A DNA stretch of 64,000 nt from Candidatus Versatilivorator sp. (GTDB lineage: Bacteria > Acidobacteriota > Terriglobia > Versatilivoradales > Versatilivoraceae): NCBI GenBank assembly GCA_965207735.1, contig OZ242296.1, forward strand, positions 3,328,001 to 3,392,000, in the 5' to 3' direction. The notes beneath the pieces are model-generated. The model was given only the letters and a program-made list of their open reading frames with translations, was not told the origin of the DNA and did no database searches. A program made the position numbers and the translations under genes. Shown piece by piece: positions 30,996 to 43,100 of this stretch (its first letter is position 1; the number at the start of each line of letters is the position of its first letter).

Positions 30996-33500
30996 ATGAC
31001 CTATACTGACACCGCGGTGGCCCAGGATCCGGAATGCCCCGCAGCGGACCATGATTCGCGCCGATCCGGCGAAGGAGGAGCCTTGACCGAATCCGACGAT
31101 GCGCGGCGGGAGATCGAGGCGCTGCGCAAGCGCATCTCCACCCTGAGCGCGGCCATCCTGCGCATCAGCGCCACGCTCGACCTCGACACCGTGCTCGCCG
31201 AGGTGCTCGAGAGCGCCCGCGGGCTCACCGCCGCCCGCTGCGGCGTCATCGCCACGGTCGACGAGGCCGGCGCGCCCCAGGACTTCGTCTTCTCCGGCTT
31301 CACGCCCGAGGAACAGCAAGAACTCGCCGCCTGGCCCGACGGCGGCCGCCTCTTCGAGCATCTGCGCCAGTTGCCAGGACCGCTCCGGCTCGCCGACCTC
31401 TCGGACTACGTGCGCTCGCTCGGCATGGCGCCCACGCGGACCTTCGCGCGGACGTGCCAGGGCGCGCCGATGCGCCACCGCGGCGCGGACGTGGGCAACT
31501 TCTTCCTCGCCGACAAGGCGGGCGGCGAGCAGTTCACCGACGACGACGAAGAGGTGCTGATGCTGTTCGCGGCCCAGGCCGCGGCCGCCATCGCTAACGC
31601 CCGCACGCACCGCAACGAGCAGCGCGCCCGGGCCGATCTCGAAGCCCTGGTCGAGACCTCGCCCGTCGGAGTCGTGGTCTTCGACGCGAAGACCGGCACG
31701 ATGACCACGTTCAACCGCGAGGCGCGGCGCATCGGAGAGGGCCTGCGGACGGAGAGCCGCTCGCCCGAGCAGCTCCTGGAGGTGATCACCTGCCGGCGCG
31801 CCGACGGCCGCGAGGTGTCCGCGCGGCAATTGCCCATGGCCGAGCAGCTCGGCATCGGCGAGACGGTGCGCGCCGAGGAGATCGTGCTGTCGGTCCCCGA
31901 CGGGCGAAGCGTCAGGGCGCTGGTCAACTCGACCCCTATCCGTTCAACCGGCGGCACCGTCGAATCGGTGGTGGTGACGTTGCAGGACCTCGCGCCGCTG
32001 GACGAGATCGAGCGCATGCGGACCGAGTTCCTGGGACAGGTGAGCCACGAGCTGCGCGCGCCGCTGACCTCTATCCAGGGCTCGGCGGTCACGCTGCTCG
32101 AGGAGACGGCCGACCTCGACCCCGCCGAGATGCGCGAATTCTTCCGCATCATCGCCGAGCAGGCCGGCCACATGCGCGGACTCATCCGCGACCTGCTCGA
32201 CGCGGGGCGCATCGACTCGGGCACGCTCACGGTCACCCCCGAGCCCTCGGAGGTGGCCGCCCTGGTCGAGCGGTCGCGAAGCACGTTCGTGAGCGTCGCC
32301 GGCCGGCACGCCGTCCTCGTCGACCTGCCGGCTGGGTTGCCCCCCGTGATGGCTGACCGCCGGCGCATCGTGCAGGTGCTCAACAACCTCTTGTCGAACG
32401 CCGCGAGGCACGCGCCCGAGGCGACCCCGATCCGCGTCGTCGCCGTGCGCGAGGACGCACACGTCGCCGTCTCGGTCTTCGACGAGGGCAGCGGCGTGGC
32501 GCCCGAGCGGTTGCCGCACCTGTTCAGCAAGCACGCCGGCGCCAGGCAGGGCGCGACGGCGGGCCAGGGACTCGGACTCGCCATCTCGAAGGGGCTCGTC
32601 GAGGCGCACGGCGGCCGCATTCGGGCCGAGAGCCCCGGCCCCGGCCGCGGCACGACCGTCACCTTCACGCTGCCGGTGGCCGGGGAGGCCCGGGCCGGGG
32701 CGCCTGGCCACGCCGCCGTCCCGCCGGCGCCCCCCGAAGCCGGGGAGCCGCCGCGCATCCTCGTGGTCGACGACGACCCGCGGATGCTGCGTTTCGTCCG
32801 CGCCGCGCTCGCCGAGGCCGGCTACGCCCCGCTGGTCACGGGCGCGCCGCAGGACCTCCCGCGCATCATCCGCACCGAACGGCCGCGCCTCGTACTGCTC
32901 GACCTGATGCTGCCCGACACCGACGGCATCGAGCTGATGCGGCAGGTCCCCGAGCTTGCCGATCTGCCCGTCATCTTCATCTCCGCCTACCGCCGGGACG
33001 AAACCGTCGCCAAGGCGCTCGAGTCGGGCGCGGCCGACTACATCGTCAAGCCCTTCTCGCCGACCGAACTGGTCGCCCGGGTCCGGGCGGCGCTCAGACG
33101 AAGCGAGGAGCCCGAGCCGTTCGTGGTCGGAAATCTCGCCATCGACTACGGGCAGCGGCGGGTGACGGTCGGCGGAGAGGCGGTCGAGCTCACCGTGACC
33201 GAGTACGAGCTGCTTCGCGTGCTCTCGCTCGACGCGGGACGCGTCGTGACCTTCGAGACGCTGCTGCGCCGGGTCTGGGCCAAGGACGAGATCACCGACG
33301 CGAACCTGGTGCGCAATTTCGTCAGGAACCTGCGCCGCAAGCTCGGCGACAGCGCGTCCAGCCCCGCCTACCTGTTCAACGAGCGCGGCGTCGGCTACCG
33401 CATGGCGAAGCCTCCGGGCCGCACTGCCGGATCGCCCCGGGTCTACTGGACCGATCACGTCCCGCGGAAGAGCGGGCGGCCCCATTTGCGCCACCCCTAG
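30996..33500 (+). CDS. Fused sensor kinase/response regulator: GAF-PAS-HisKA-HATPase-REC-OmpR wHTH
   Basis: VSHELRAPLT, NNLLSNA, GQGLGL, ILVVDDD, LLDLMLP, KPF, NLRRKLG, ERGVGYRM. Confidence 0.92.
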   Translation: MTYTDTAVAQDPECPAADHDSRRSGEGGALTESDDARREIEALRKRISTLSAAILRISATLDLDTVLAEVLESARGLTAARCGVIATVDEAGAPQDFVFSGFTPEEQQELAAWPDGGRLFEHLRQLPGPLRLADLSDYVRSLGMAPTRTFARTCQGAPMRHRGADVGNFFLADKAGGEQFTDDDEEVLMLFAAQAAAAIANARTHRNEQRARADLEALVETSPVGVVVFDAKTGTMTTFNREARRIGEGLRTESRSPEQLLEVITCRRADGREVSARQLPMAEQLGIGETVRAEEIVLSVPDGRSVRALVNSTPIRSTGGTVESVVVTLQDLAPLDEIERMRTEFLGQVSHELRAPLTSIQGSAVTLLEETADLDPAEMREFFRIIAEQAGHMRGLIRDLLDAGRIDSGTLTVTPEPSEVAALVERSRSTFVSVAGRHAVLVDLPAGLPPVMADRRRIVQVLNNLLSNAARHAPEATPIRVVAVREDAHVAVSVFDEGSGVAPERLPHLFSKHAGARQGATAGQGLGLAISKGLVEAHGGRIRAESPGPGRGTTVTFTLPVAGEARAGAPGHAAVPPAPPEAGEPPRILVVDDDPRMLRFVRAALAEAGYAPLVTGAPQDLPRIIRTERPRLVLLDLMLPDTDGIELMRQVPELADLPVIFISAYRRDETVAKALESGAADYIVKPFSPTELVARVRAALRRSEEPEPFVVGNLAIDYGQRRVTVGGEAVELTVTEYELLRVLSLDAGRVVTFETLLRRVWAKDEITDANLVRNFVRNLRRKLGDSASSPAYLFNERGVGYRMAKPPGRTAGSPRVYWTDHVPRKSGRPHLRHP

Positions 33501-33502
33501 TG

Positions 33503-33609
33503 CCGGGAGCGACCCCTCCAAAACCGGCGGTTTCGCGGCGCAATAGGTGTTCCTCCGTTACACCCATCGCGCGGGGTCGCTCCCGGTGAATTGTTCCCTC
33601 CGGGAAGGG
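33503..33609. other. Structured non-coding element, partial copy C
   Basis: 14-bp stem ccgggagcgacccc (33503-33516)/ggggtcgctcccgg (33573-33586), inner hairpin, followed by ccctccgggaagg as in copies A and B. Confidence 0.55.
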
Positions 33610-33689
33610 TGCGGGCGTCGCAGTGCCTGCGTCCGCGGGGCCGTGACAGCCGGGCGCGGGCTACCGGGACCGAGCGTGCGACGACCGGT

Positions 33690-34076
33690 CGCGGCCCGGG
33701 CGACGCTTCGGTGGCACCCCAGGGCGTCGCGCACCATCTCCCGTTCGAGGTCCTCGCGGGCCTCGGCGGGCGTCGGGCGCCGGTCGGCGGCGGCGGACTT
33801 CCGGAAGGCAGACGGCAGGGCGTCCGGGCCGACGGGGCCGTAGCTCGGCCCGCTGATGGTGAGGTTGGCGAGCACGATCTGCAGCTCGCGGACGTTGCCG
33901 GGCCAGGAGTGCGCCGCAAGCGCCGTGACCGTCTCCCGCGCCAGGGCCGCGCGGCTGCCGGCCGCGGCCGCGATGCCCTTCAAGCAGTGGTCGGCGAGCC
34001 GGGCGACGTCCGGCCCGCGCTCGCGCAGCAGCGGGGCGGTGAGCGCGACGACGTTGAGGCGGTAGAGCAGGTCGCA
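33690..34076 (-). pseudogene. C-terminal fragment of a sigma54-dependent activator
   Basis: DLLYRLNVVAL...LRER...WPGNVRELQ...VARAA; lacks Walker A, GAFTGA and an intact HTH. Confidence 0.8.
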
Positions 34077-34137
34077 CCCTGACCTGAAGAGCAGTATTCC
34101 GGTCCGAAGACCTTCAGGCGGATCGCATGCCCCACAC

Positions 34138-37100
34138 TCAGAAGTTCAGAACAAGACTGATGCCGATACGGTAGTCAGGGGAGCCGGACGGTCCGACCGA
34201 CAGGCCGGCAGCAGGATCCGGGCGACGACGGCGATAATCGCCGAACAACTCCAGCCGAAGACCATCGGCCACCATTTCGGATATCGACTTGGATGCACCC
34301 GAGACCTCCAGGCGCAGGCCACCTCCCAGGCGGGGGGAGTCCAAACCCTCCAGGTCCATCTTTGCAAAGGGTCCCAGCCGCCCGCGGCCACCCCAAGTTT
34401 CCAGTCTGTAGCTAAGGTCCGCCTGGGTGCGGTTGGGTCGCAAGTGCACGCCGGTCTGCTCTTCCGTTCGGTTGCGTCCGACCGGCATCTGCTCGCTTCT
34501 CCACAGGGCATCGGCGCCTCCCGAGGTATTCCCCCACAGTGGAGCCAGGGAGAAGCCCCATCCCTTGCCGTCAGCTCCCGGGTCCAGGCGGACCGTGAGG
34601 CGGGCGCCCCGCTCCCTGAAGTTCCGGTCCTGGTGAGCGATCAGCCAGTGTCCGCGGGCTTCCACCACCAGCCCCAGGCGCCGGTTGGCAAACGAGGCTC
34701 CACCGGCCAGCTCCGCCCCAATGCCCGTTTCGGCGTCGCCTCCGTCCATCCGGGCGCCCACCTCCAGACTGGGGGTCAGGCGGGAGTTGGAGGACAAGGT
34801 CCAGTCGGTGCGGCCCTCCAGCATCAGGCGCGCCCGCTGGGTGTGACCGTTGACCGCCTTGAGGCCCCCCACCGCCTCCGAGCCGACGCTCACGGCGAAG
34901 GCATCGGCCTTCAGCGCCAGATCGACGGCTCCCAGTCGTGTCAGGTCGCTGCGACCGCCCAAGGCCGCCAAGCGTACATCGATGCCCATCTCAACCGAGT
35001 CGCCTTCAACCTCCACCTCGGCGGCGCCCCGCCCATAGCCCATCAGACCCCACAGATCGAATCCCGGACGAGGCGACCATTTCAGATAGGGGAGCGCGCT
35101 GGTCAGCCGCGCCCCCACCTCCAGATCGTTCCCGCCGTTTCCCCCGTTCGCGAAATCCAGGACTCCAACGCTGTGAGAGGCGGCCAGGCCCACCAGCGCC
35201 TTTGCCCCCCAGCGGCGGTCCGCCCCCAGGTAGGCCGCGCCCACCCGGCCGTCCAATCCCATGTCCGGCTGAGGTTGACCGTGCAAGCTGCTGCGCACTC
35301 CCTGGCCCCACAGCATCCAGTTGCTTCCTTGAGAACCGTCCTTGTCCGGTGCAAACTGGAAGGAGCTGTTGGACATCAGATTCCGGCTTGAGAGGCGGTT
35401 GAAGCCGTTTCGACCGGTAGCAAGGGGAAGGGAACCGGCTCCAAACCCTCCTGCCCCGCTACCGCCGCTCAAGCCGCCGCCGGGGGATAGCTCTGTCTGC
35501 GTTTTGGCTTGCCGCCCGGCTACGTCCCACTGCCCGGGCACAGGCCGGCCTGCTGCAGGTGTTCTGGTGAGAGAATCGGACGCAATAGATTCCGTGCCCA
35601 GCAAACTCGCCGCGGTCTGCAACCACTCGGCAACCCGGCTCCGGCCTTGATCATCGGGTGCAGTCTCGACGTCGAGCCTACGCCCGCCGAAGTTGGCGCG
35701 GGATTCCCGAGACGACACCTCGAAACGGCCGCCGATCGCGTCCACCGCCTGACTAGCTACCGTCCGGCCAAAAACCGCCAGCGACAACTCCAGTAACCGG
35801 CTGCGCCGGTCTTGAACGGACTCGACCATTACTCCAAAGGACTGCTCTGCGCTCAAGCCCTCGGGGTCGCGCGCCGTTACCGTGATGCGGGTGGAGGCTA
35901 TGGCCACCGGCGTAAGCACCACCTCACTGCCCGACAGGTTAACTTCCACCGTGCTGCTTCCATCCGATGCCCGTGCGTCGTAGCTCAGCGGATCTCCGTC
36001 CGGGTCGGTGAAGTAGCTCGCTACATCCACCGTTCCGTCACTTCCCAACGTCAGCACTTGGTCCGGAATGGGTTCCCCTTCCGGCCCGGCGTTCAAACTA
36101 ATGACCATGATCTTCACCGTCGCAATATTGCTCGAGGCGCCGTGGCTGTCCCTTACCTGGTAGGTAAAGCGGTCCTCGTGAGACCCTCTGCTGCCGTCAT
36201 GCACGAAGGTGAAGGTTCCGTCCCTGTTCAGAGTCAAGTGGCCGTGGTCGGGGCTGGTGATCAACTCCACCGACAACTGGTCTAAACCATCCTCCAAGTC
36301 GCTATCGTTGGCCAACACGCTGGATTGCGGGAAGAAGTTGGACTGTGGCGACTGCAACTGGTCCCAGTCGTTGTTGGTGTCGTCAGGAGGTTCCTCTGTC
36401 CTGCCGGTTGGATATTCTTCGCGGTTCACGGCGTAGGCGGATTTGTACTCGTTCGACAGTAACGAGATCGTGCCTCCTCGGAGCACCGTGATACTGTCGT
36501 CCACCGCCACGGGAGCATGGTTCTTCCCGGTGTCGCCCCCGTTGTCGTTGGTGATGGTGCCGGTGGCTGGGCCGCCCGCCGTTACGCCCGAGGGGGCGTT
36601 CGACACGTTCAGGCTCACCGTGAAGGTCTCGTCGTCTTCCACTACCTCATCCTCGATAGTCTCCACCGTGAAGGTCTGCTCCTCGCCCGCCGTGCCGGTG
36701 AAGCCGAGCGCCGCCGTGTTCTCCGTGTAGTCCGTGCCCGCCACGGCTGTGCCGTCACTGAAACCGGGCGTCACCGCCAGACCTCCCTGCACAGCCTGGT
36801 TCAGCGTTACCGTGAAGGTCAGAGAATCGCCTTCCACCGCGCTCGCATTGGCGATCGTCACCGTCGGGGTGCCGCCGGTCGCGCCGTCGTCGTCGGAAAT
36901 CGTTCCCGTGGCGGGATCGCCGACCGTCACTCCTGAAGGAGCGTTCGACACGTTCAGGCTCACCGTGAAGGTCTCGTCGTCTTCCACTACCTCATCCTCG
37001 ATAGTCTCCACCGTGAAGGTCTGCTCCTCGCCCGCCGTGCCGGTGAAGCTGAGCGCCGCCGTGTTCTCCGTGTAGTCCGTGCCCGCCACGGCTGTGCCGT

Positions 37101-40100
37101 CACTGAAACCGGGCGTCACCGTCAGGCCGCCCTGCACAGCCTGGTTCAGCGTTACCGTGAAGGTCAGAGAATCGCCTTCCACCGCGCTCGCATTGGCGAT
37201 CGTCACCGTCGGGGTGCCGCCGGTCGCGCCGTCGTCGTCGGAAATCGTTCCCGTGGCGGGATCGCCGACCGTCACTCCTGAAGGAGCGTTCGACACGTTC
37301 AGGCTCACCGTGAAGGTCTCGTCGTCTTCCACTACCTCATCCTCGATAGTCTCCACCGTGAAGGTCTGCTCCTCGCCCGCCGTGCCGGTGAAGCTGAGCG
37401 CCGCCGTGTTCTCCGTGTAGTCCGTGCCCGCCACGGCTGTGCCGTCACTGAAACCGGGCGTCACCGCCAGACCTCCCTGCACAGCCTGGTTCAGCGTTAC
37501 CGTGAAGGTCAGAGAATCGCCTTCCACCGCGCTCGCATCGGCGATCGTCACCGTCGGGGTGCCGCCGGTCGCGCCGTCGTCGTCGGAAATCGTTCCCGTG
37601 GCGGGATCGCCGACCGTCACTCCTGAAGGAGCGTTCGACACGTTCAGGCTCACCGTGAAGGTCTCGTCGTCTTCCACTACCTCATCCTCGATAGTCTCCA
37701 CCGTGAAGGTCTGCTCCTCGCCCGCCGTGCCGGTGAAGCTGAGCGCCGCCGTGTTCTCCGTGTAGTCCGTGCCCGCCACGGCTGTGCCGTCACTGAAACC
37801 GGGCGTCACCGCCAGACCTCCCTGCACAGCCTGGTTCAGCGTTACCGTGAAGGTCAGAGAATCGCCTTCCACCGCGCTCGCATTGGCGATCGTCACCGTC
37901 GGGGTGCCGCCGGTCGCGCCGTCGTCGTCGGAAATCGTTCCCGTGGCGGGATCGCCGACCGTCACTCCTGAAGGAGCGTTGGACACGCTCAGGCTTACCG
38001 TGAAGGTTTCGTCCTCTTCCACCACTGTATCCTCGACGGTCTCCACCGTGATGGTTTGCTGCTCCCCGGCCGTGCCGGTGAAGCTCAAAGGAACCGGGTT
38101 GGCCGTGTAGTCGGTGCTCTCTGTGGCCGTGCCGTCGCTGAAGCTCGGCGTCACCGTCAGCCCGCCCTGCACCGCCTGGTTCAGCGTTACCGTGAAGGTC
38201 AGAGAATTGCCTTCCACCGCGCTCGCATTGGCGATCGTCACGGTGGCGTTGCCCCCGGTCGTGCCGCCGTCGTCATCGGTGATCGTGCCCGTAGCCGTAT
38301 CGGTTGCCGTCACTGTAGTCGAGGCCCCGGAGACGGCCAGGCTGACGGTGAAGGTCTCGTCCGCTTCCACTACTGCATCCTCGACAGTCTCCACCGTGAT
38401 GGTTTGCTGCTCCCCGGCCGTGCCGGTGAAGCTCAAAGGAACCGGGTCGGCCGTGTAGTCGGTGCTCTCTGTGGCGGTGCCGTCGCTGAAGCTTGGGGTC
38501 ACCGTCAGCCCGCCCTGCACTACCTGATTCAGCGTTACCGTGAAGGTCATCGGATCGCCCTCGTCGGTCGATGCGTCGGCCACCGTCACGGCCGGCTCGG
38601 CGCCATCGTCGTCAGAAATGGTGCCTGTAGCGGGATCTCCCACCGTCACCCCTGAGGGAGCGTTCGACACGCTCAGGCTCACGGTGAACGTCTCCTCGGT
38701 TTCCGCCGCCGCATCCTCGACGGTCTCCACCACGATGGTTTGCGTCTCTCCAAGCGTGCCGACAAAACTCAATGCCTCCACGTTCGCCGTGTAGTCGCTG
38801 TCCGCGACCGCCGTGCCGTCAGCAAAGCTCGGCGTCACCGTCAGCCCACCCTGGACCGCCCGGTTCAGCGTTACCGTGAAGGTCAGAGAATCGCCTTCCA
38901 CCGCGCTCGCATTGGCAATCGTCACGGTGGCGTTGTTCCCGGTCGTACCGCCGTCGTCGTCGGTAATCGTTCCTGTTGCGGGATCGCCGACCGTCACCCC
39001 AGAGGGAGCGTCCGACACGCTCAGGCTCACGGTGAAGGTCTCGTCCTCCTCCACCACCGCATCCTCGGTGGTCGCCACCGTGATGGTCTGCTCCTCGCCC
39101 GTCGTCCCAGTGAAGCTGAGGGCTGCCGTGTTCTCGGTGTAGTCCGTACCCCCCGTCGCCGTGTCGTCCGTGAAGCTTGGTGTCACCGTCAGACCACCCT
39201 GTACTGCCAGGTTCAAGGTCACCCTGAAGGTCAGCGATTCCCCTTCCGCGGCGCTCGCACTCGCGATCGTCACCACGGCGGTCCCACGGCTCGGCAGGCC
39301 GTCGTCGTTGGTGATCGTCCCCGTGGCCGTATCCGTCGCCCTCACCGTCGTCGAGGTGTCGGAGACGTTCAGGCTCACGGTGAAGGTCTCGTCCTCCTCC
39401 ACCACCCTATCCTCGGTCGTCGTGACCGTGAAGCTCTGCGTCTCACCTGCCGTGCCGGTGAAGCCGAGCGCCGCCGTGTTCTCCGTGTAGTCCGTCCCTT
39501 CGGCCGCCGTCCCGTCGGCGAAGCCCGGCGTCACCGTCAGGCCCCCCGACACGGCCTTGTCCAGCGTCACGGTGAACGTCAGCGAGTCGCCTTCGCTGGC
39601 CGACGCGTCGCCAATCGTCACGGCCGCCAGCGCACCATCGTCGTTCGTGATCGTCCCCGTGGCGGTGTCGGTCGCCGTCACCGTCGCCTGCGTCCCCGAG
39701 ACGGTCAGGTTGACAGTAAACGTCTCGTCGTTCTCTGCGTCGGAATCTTCGGTCGTCGCCACGGTAAAGGTCTGCGTCTCGCCCGCTGTGCCCGTGAAGG
39801 TGAGAGCGGTTGTGTTCTCGGTGTAGTCGGTGCCCTCCGTCGCGGTCTCGTCGGTGAAGGCAGGCGTCACCGTCAATCCGCCGGACACCGCCTTGTCGAG
39901 GGTCACGGTGAACGTGATCTGGTCGCCCTCGGCGGCCGACGCGTCCTCGATGGTGACGGCGGGAACGGCGCCGTCGTCGTTGGTGATGGTGCCGGTGGCG
40001 GTGTCGGTCGCCGCTACCGGCGACTGTGTCCCGGAAACGGTCAGGTCGACGGTGAAGGTCTCGTCGAGCTCTGCGTCGGTGTCTTCGGTCGTCGCCACGG

Positions 40101-43100
40101 TGAAGGTCTGCGTCTCGCCCGCCGTCCCGGTGAAGGTGAGCGCGGCCGTGTTCTCGGTGTAGTCGGTGCCCTCCGTCGCGGTCTCGTCGGTGAAGGCAGG
40201 CGTCACCGTCAATCCGCCGGACACCGCCTTGTCGAGGGTCACGGTGAACGTGATCTGGTCGCCTTCGGCGGCCGACGCGTCCTCGATGGTGACGGCGGCC
40301 ACGGTACCGTCGTCGTTGGTGATGGTGCCGGTGGCGGTGTCGGTCGCCGCTACCGGCGTCTGTGTCGTGGTGACGGTCAGGTCGACGGTGAAGGTCTCGT
40401 CGAGCTCTGCGTCGGCGTCCTCGGTCGTCGCCACGGTGAAGGTCTGCGTCTCGCCCGTGCTGCCGGCGAATGTGACGGCGGCCGTGTTCTCGGTGTAGTC
40501 CGTGCCCTTCGTCGCCGTGCCGTCGGTGAAGCTCGGCGTCACCGTCAGACCACCGGACACCGCCTTGTCCAGCGTCACCGTGAAGGTCAGCGAGTCGCCC
40601 TCACTGGCCGATGCGTCCGCGATGCTCAGGGCCGGTAACTCGTCGTCGACGATCGTCCCCGTCGCGGTGTCGGTCGCCGTCACCGTCTCCGGCCCCGAGA
40701 GTCCGGAGACGGCCAGACCGACGGTGAACGTCTCGTCGGATTCCCCTTCGGTGTCCTCGGTCGTCGCCACGGTGAAGGTCTGCGTCTCGCCCGTGCTGCC
40801 GGCGAATGTGATGGCGGCCGTGTTCTCGGTGTAGTCCGTGCCCTTCGTCGCCGTGCCGTCGGTGAAGCTCGGCGTCACCGTCAGACCACCGGACACCGCC
40901 TTGTCGAGCGTCACGGTGAAGGTGATCGCGTCACCTTCGTCGGCCGAGGCGTCGGCCACCGTCACCACCGCCGGGCTGTGACCCATGTGGTCGTCGTCGG
41001 TGACGGTTCCGATCGCCGTGTCCGACGCCACCGTCGCCGATGTTCCCGACACGGTCAGGCTCACGGTGAACGTCTCGTCCGATTCCCCTTCAGTGTCCTC
41101 GGTCGTCGCCACCGTGAAGGTCTGCTCTTCGCCAGCGGTGCCGGTGAAGGTGAGCGCGTCGGTGTTCTCGGTGTAGTCGGTGCCCTCCGTCGCGGTCTCG
41201 TCGGTGAAGACAGGCGTCACCGCCAGCCCGCCGGACACCGCCTTGTCCAGCGTCACTGTGAAGGTAATCGAATCACCCTCTTCGGCTGACGCGTCGGCAA
41301 TCGTCAATGCCGCTTCGCCGTCGTCGTTGGTGATCGTGCCCCTAGCAATGTCGGTCGCCCTCACCGTTTCGGAGGTGCCGGAGACGGTCAGGCTCACCGT
41401 GAAGGTCTCGTCCGACTCGACGCCGGTGTCCTCGGTCGTCGCCACCGTGAAGCTCTGCGTCTCGTCCGCCGTCCCGGTGAAGGTCAGGGCCGCGGTGTTT
41501 TCGGTGTAGTCGGTCCCTTCCGTCGCCGTGCCGTCTGTGAAGCTCGGTGTCACCGTCAGCCCGCCCGACACCGCGTTGTCCAGCGTCACCGTGAACGTGA
41601 TCGAGTCACCCTCCGCGGCCGAGGCGTCGTCGACGGTCACCGCCGGCGCGTCGTCGTCGATGATCAACCCTTTCACGTCCTCCACAGTCACCTTCGCCGT
41701 CGTCCCCGAGACGCTCAGGCTCATCTCTAACACCTCATTCGGCTCGGGGTCGGCGTCGTCGATCGTCGCCACCGTGAGGGTCTGCTGCTCGCCCGCCGTG
41801 CCCTTGAAGCTGAGCGCCGCCGTGTTCTCCGTGTAGTCGGTCCCCTTCGTCGCCGTGACGTCGGTGAAGCTCGGCGTCACGGTGAAGCCGCCCGAGACCG
41901 CGTTGTTCAGCGTCATCGTGAACGTCAGCGAGTCACCCTCGGCTGCGATCCCGTCGGCAATCGTGACCCCCGTCCGTTGCAGCACGTCGTCGTCGGTGAT
42001 TGTTCCGGTCGCGATTTCGGTGTCGGTCACCGCCAGCGACGTCCCCGAAACGCTCAGGCCCACGGTGAAGGTCTCGTCCGGCTCGTTGGCGGCGTCCTCG
42101 ATAGTGGCCACCGTGAAGGTCTGCTCCTCGCCCGCCGTGCCCTTGAAGCTGAGCGCCGCGGTGTTCTCCGTGTAGTCGGTCCCCTTCGTCGCCGTGACGT
42201 CGATGAAGCTCGGCGTCACGGTGAAGCCGCCCGAGACGTCCTTGTCCAGCGTCACCGTGAACGTCATCGAGTCGCCCTCGCTGGCCGATTCATCGAAGAT
42301 CGTCAACTTCGGGTCGTCCAGATTGACCTGCACCCTGCATCGTTGCGCCGCGAGGTTGCCGTGGCCCTCTCCATCCGCGGCCACATTCTCAGCCACGTCC
42401 ACCGTCAGCGTCCCGGTGGCCGCCGGCGTGATCGTGGCCGTGTAGCTCGCCCCCGAACCGGTCAACGCCGTTACGGTTCCGTTGCCCACCGTCGCCTCCG
42501 CCTGTTCGAATCCCGTCACCGACTCCGAGAAGGCGATGCCCACGTCGAACGCTCCCGTCTGAGTGACGGTCGGACAACTGATGACCACCGTCGGCCGTGT
42601 CAGATCCACCGGGACCGTGAATTGATCCGCCGCCGTGTTGCCGTTGCCCGCTCCATCCTCGGCCACATTCTCGTCCACATCCACCGTCAGCGTCCCGCTG
42701 GCCGTCGGCGTGATCGTGGCCGTGTAGCTAGCCCCCGAACCGGTCAACGCCGTCGCGGCCCCGTTGCCCACCGTCACCTCTTCTTGCTCGAATCCCGTCA
42801 CCGACTCCGTGAAGGTGATCGTCACGTCGAAGGAGTCACTCTGGCTGGCCGTCGGGCCGGTGATGCTCACCGTCGGAGCATCCAGGTCAGCCTCCACGGA
42901 GTACCGGCTTGCCGCCGTGTTGCCGTTGCTCGCTCCATCCTCGGCCACATTCTCGTCCACATCCACCGTCACCGTCCCGCTGGCCGTCGGCGTGATCGTG
43001 GCCGTATAGCTCGACCCCGAACCGGACAGCGCCGTCGCGGTCCCGTTCCCCACCGTCACGTCCCCTTTCTCAAACCCGGTCACCGACTCCGTGAAGGTGA

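Noticed and set aside
36590-37980. Regular repeats as a possible CRISPR array or DGR template/variable pair
   Set aside because: Units are 345-bp in-frame coding repeats without spacers; no cas or reverse transcriptase gene; no adenine-specific mismatch pattern evident.
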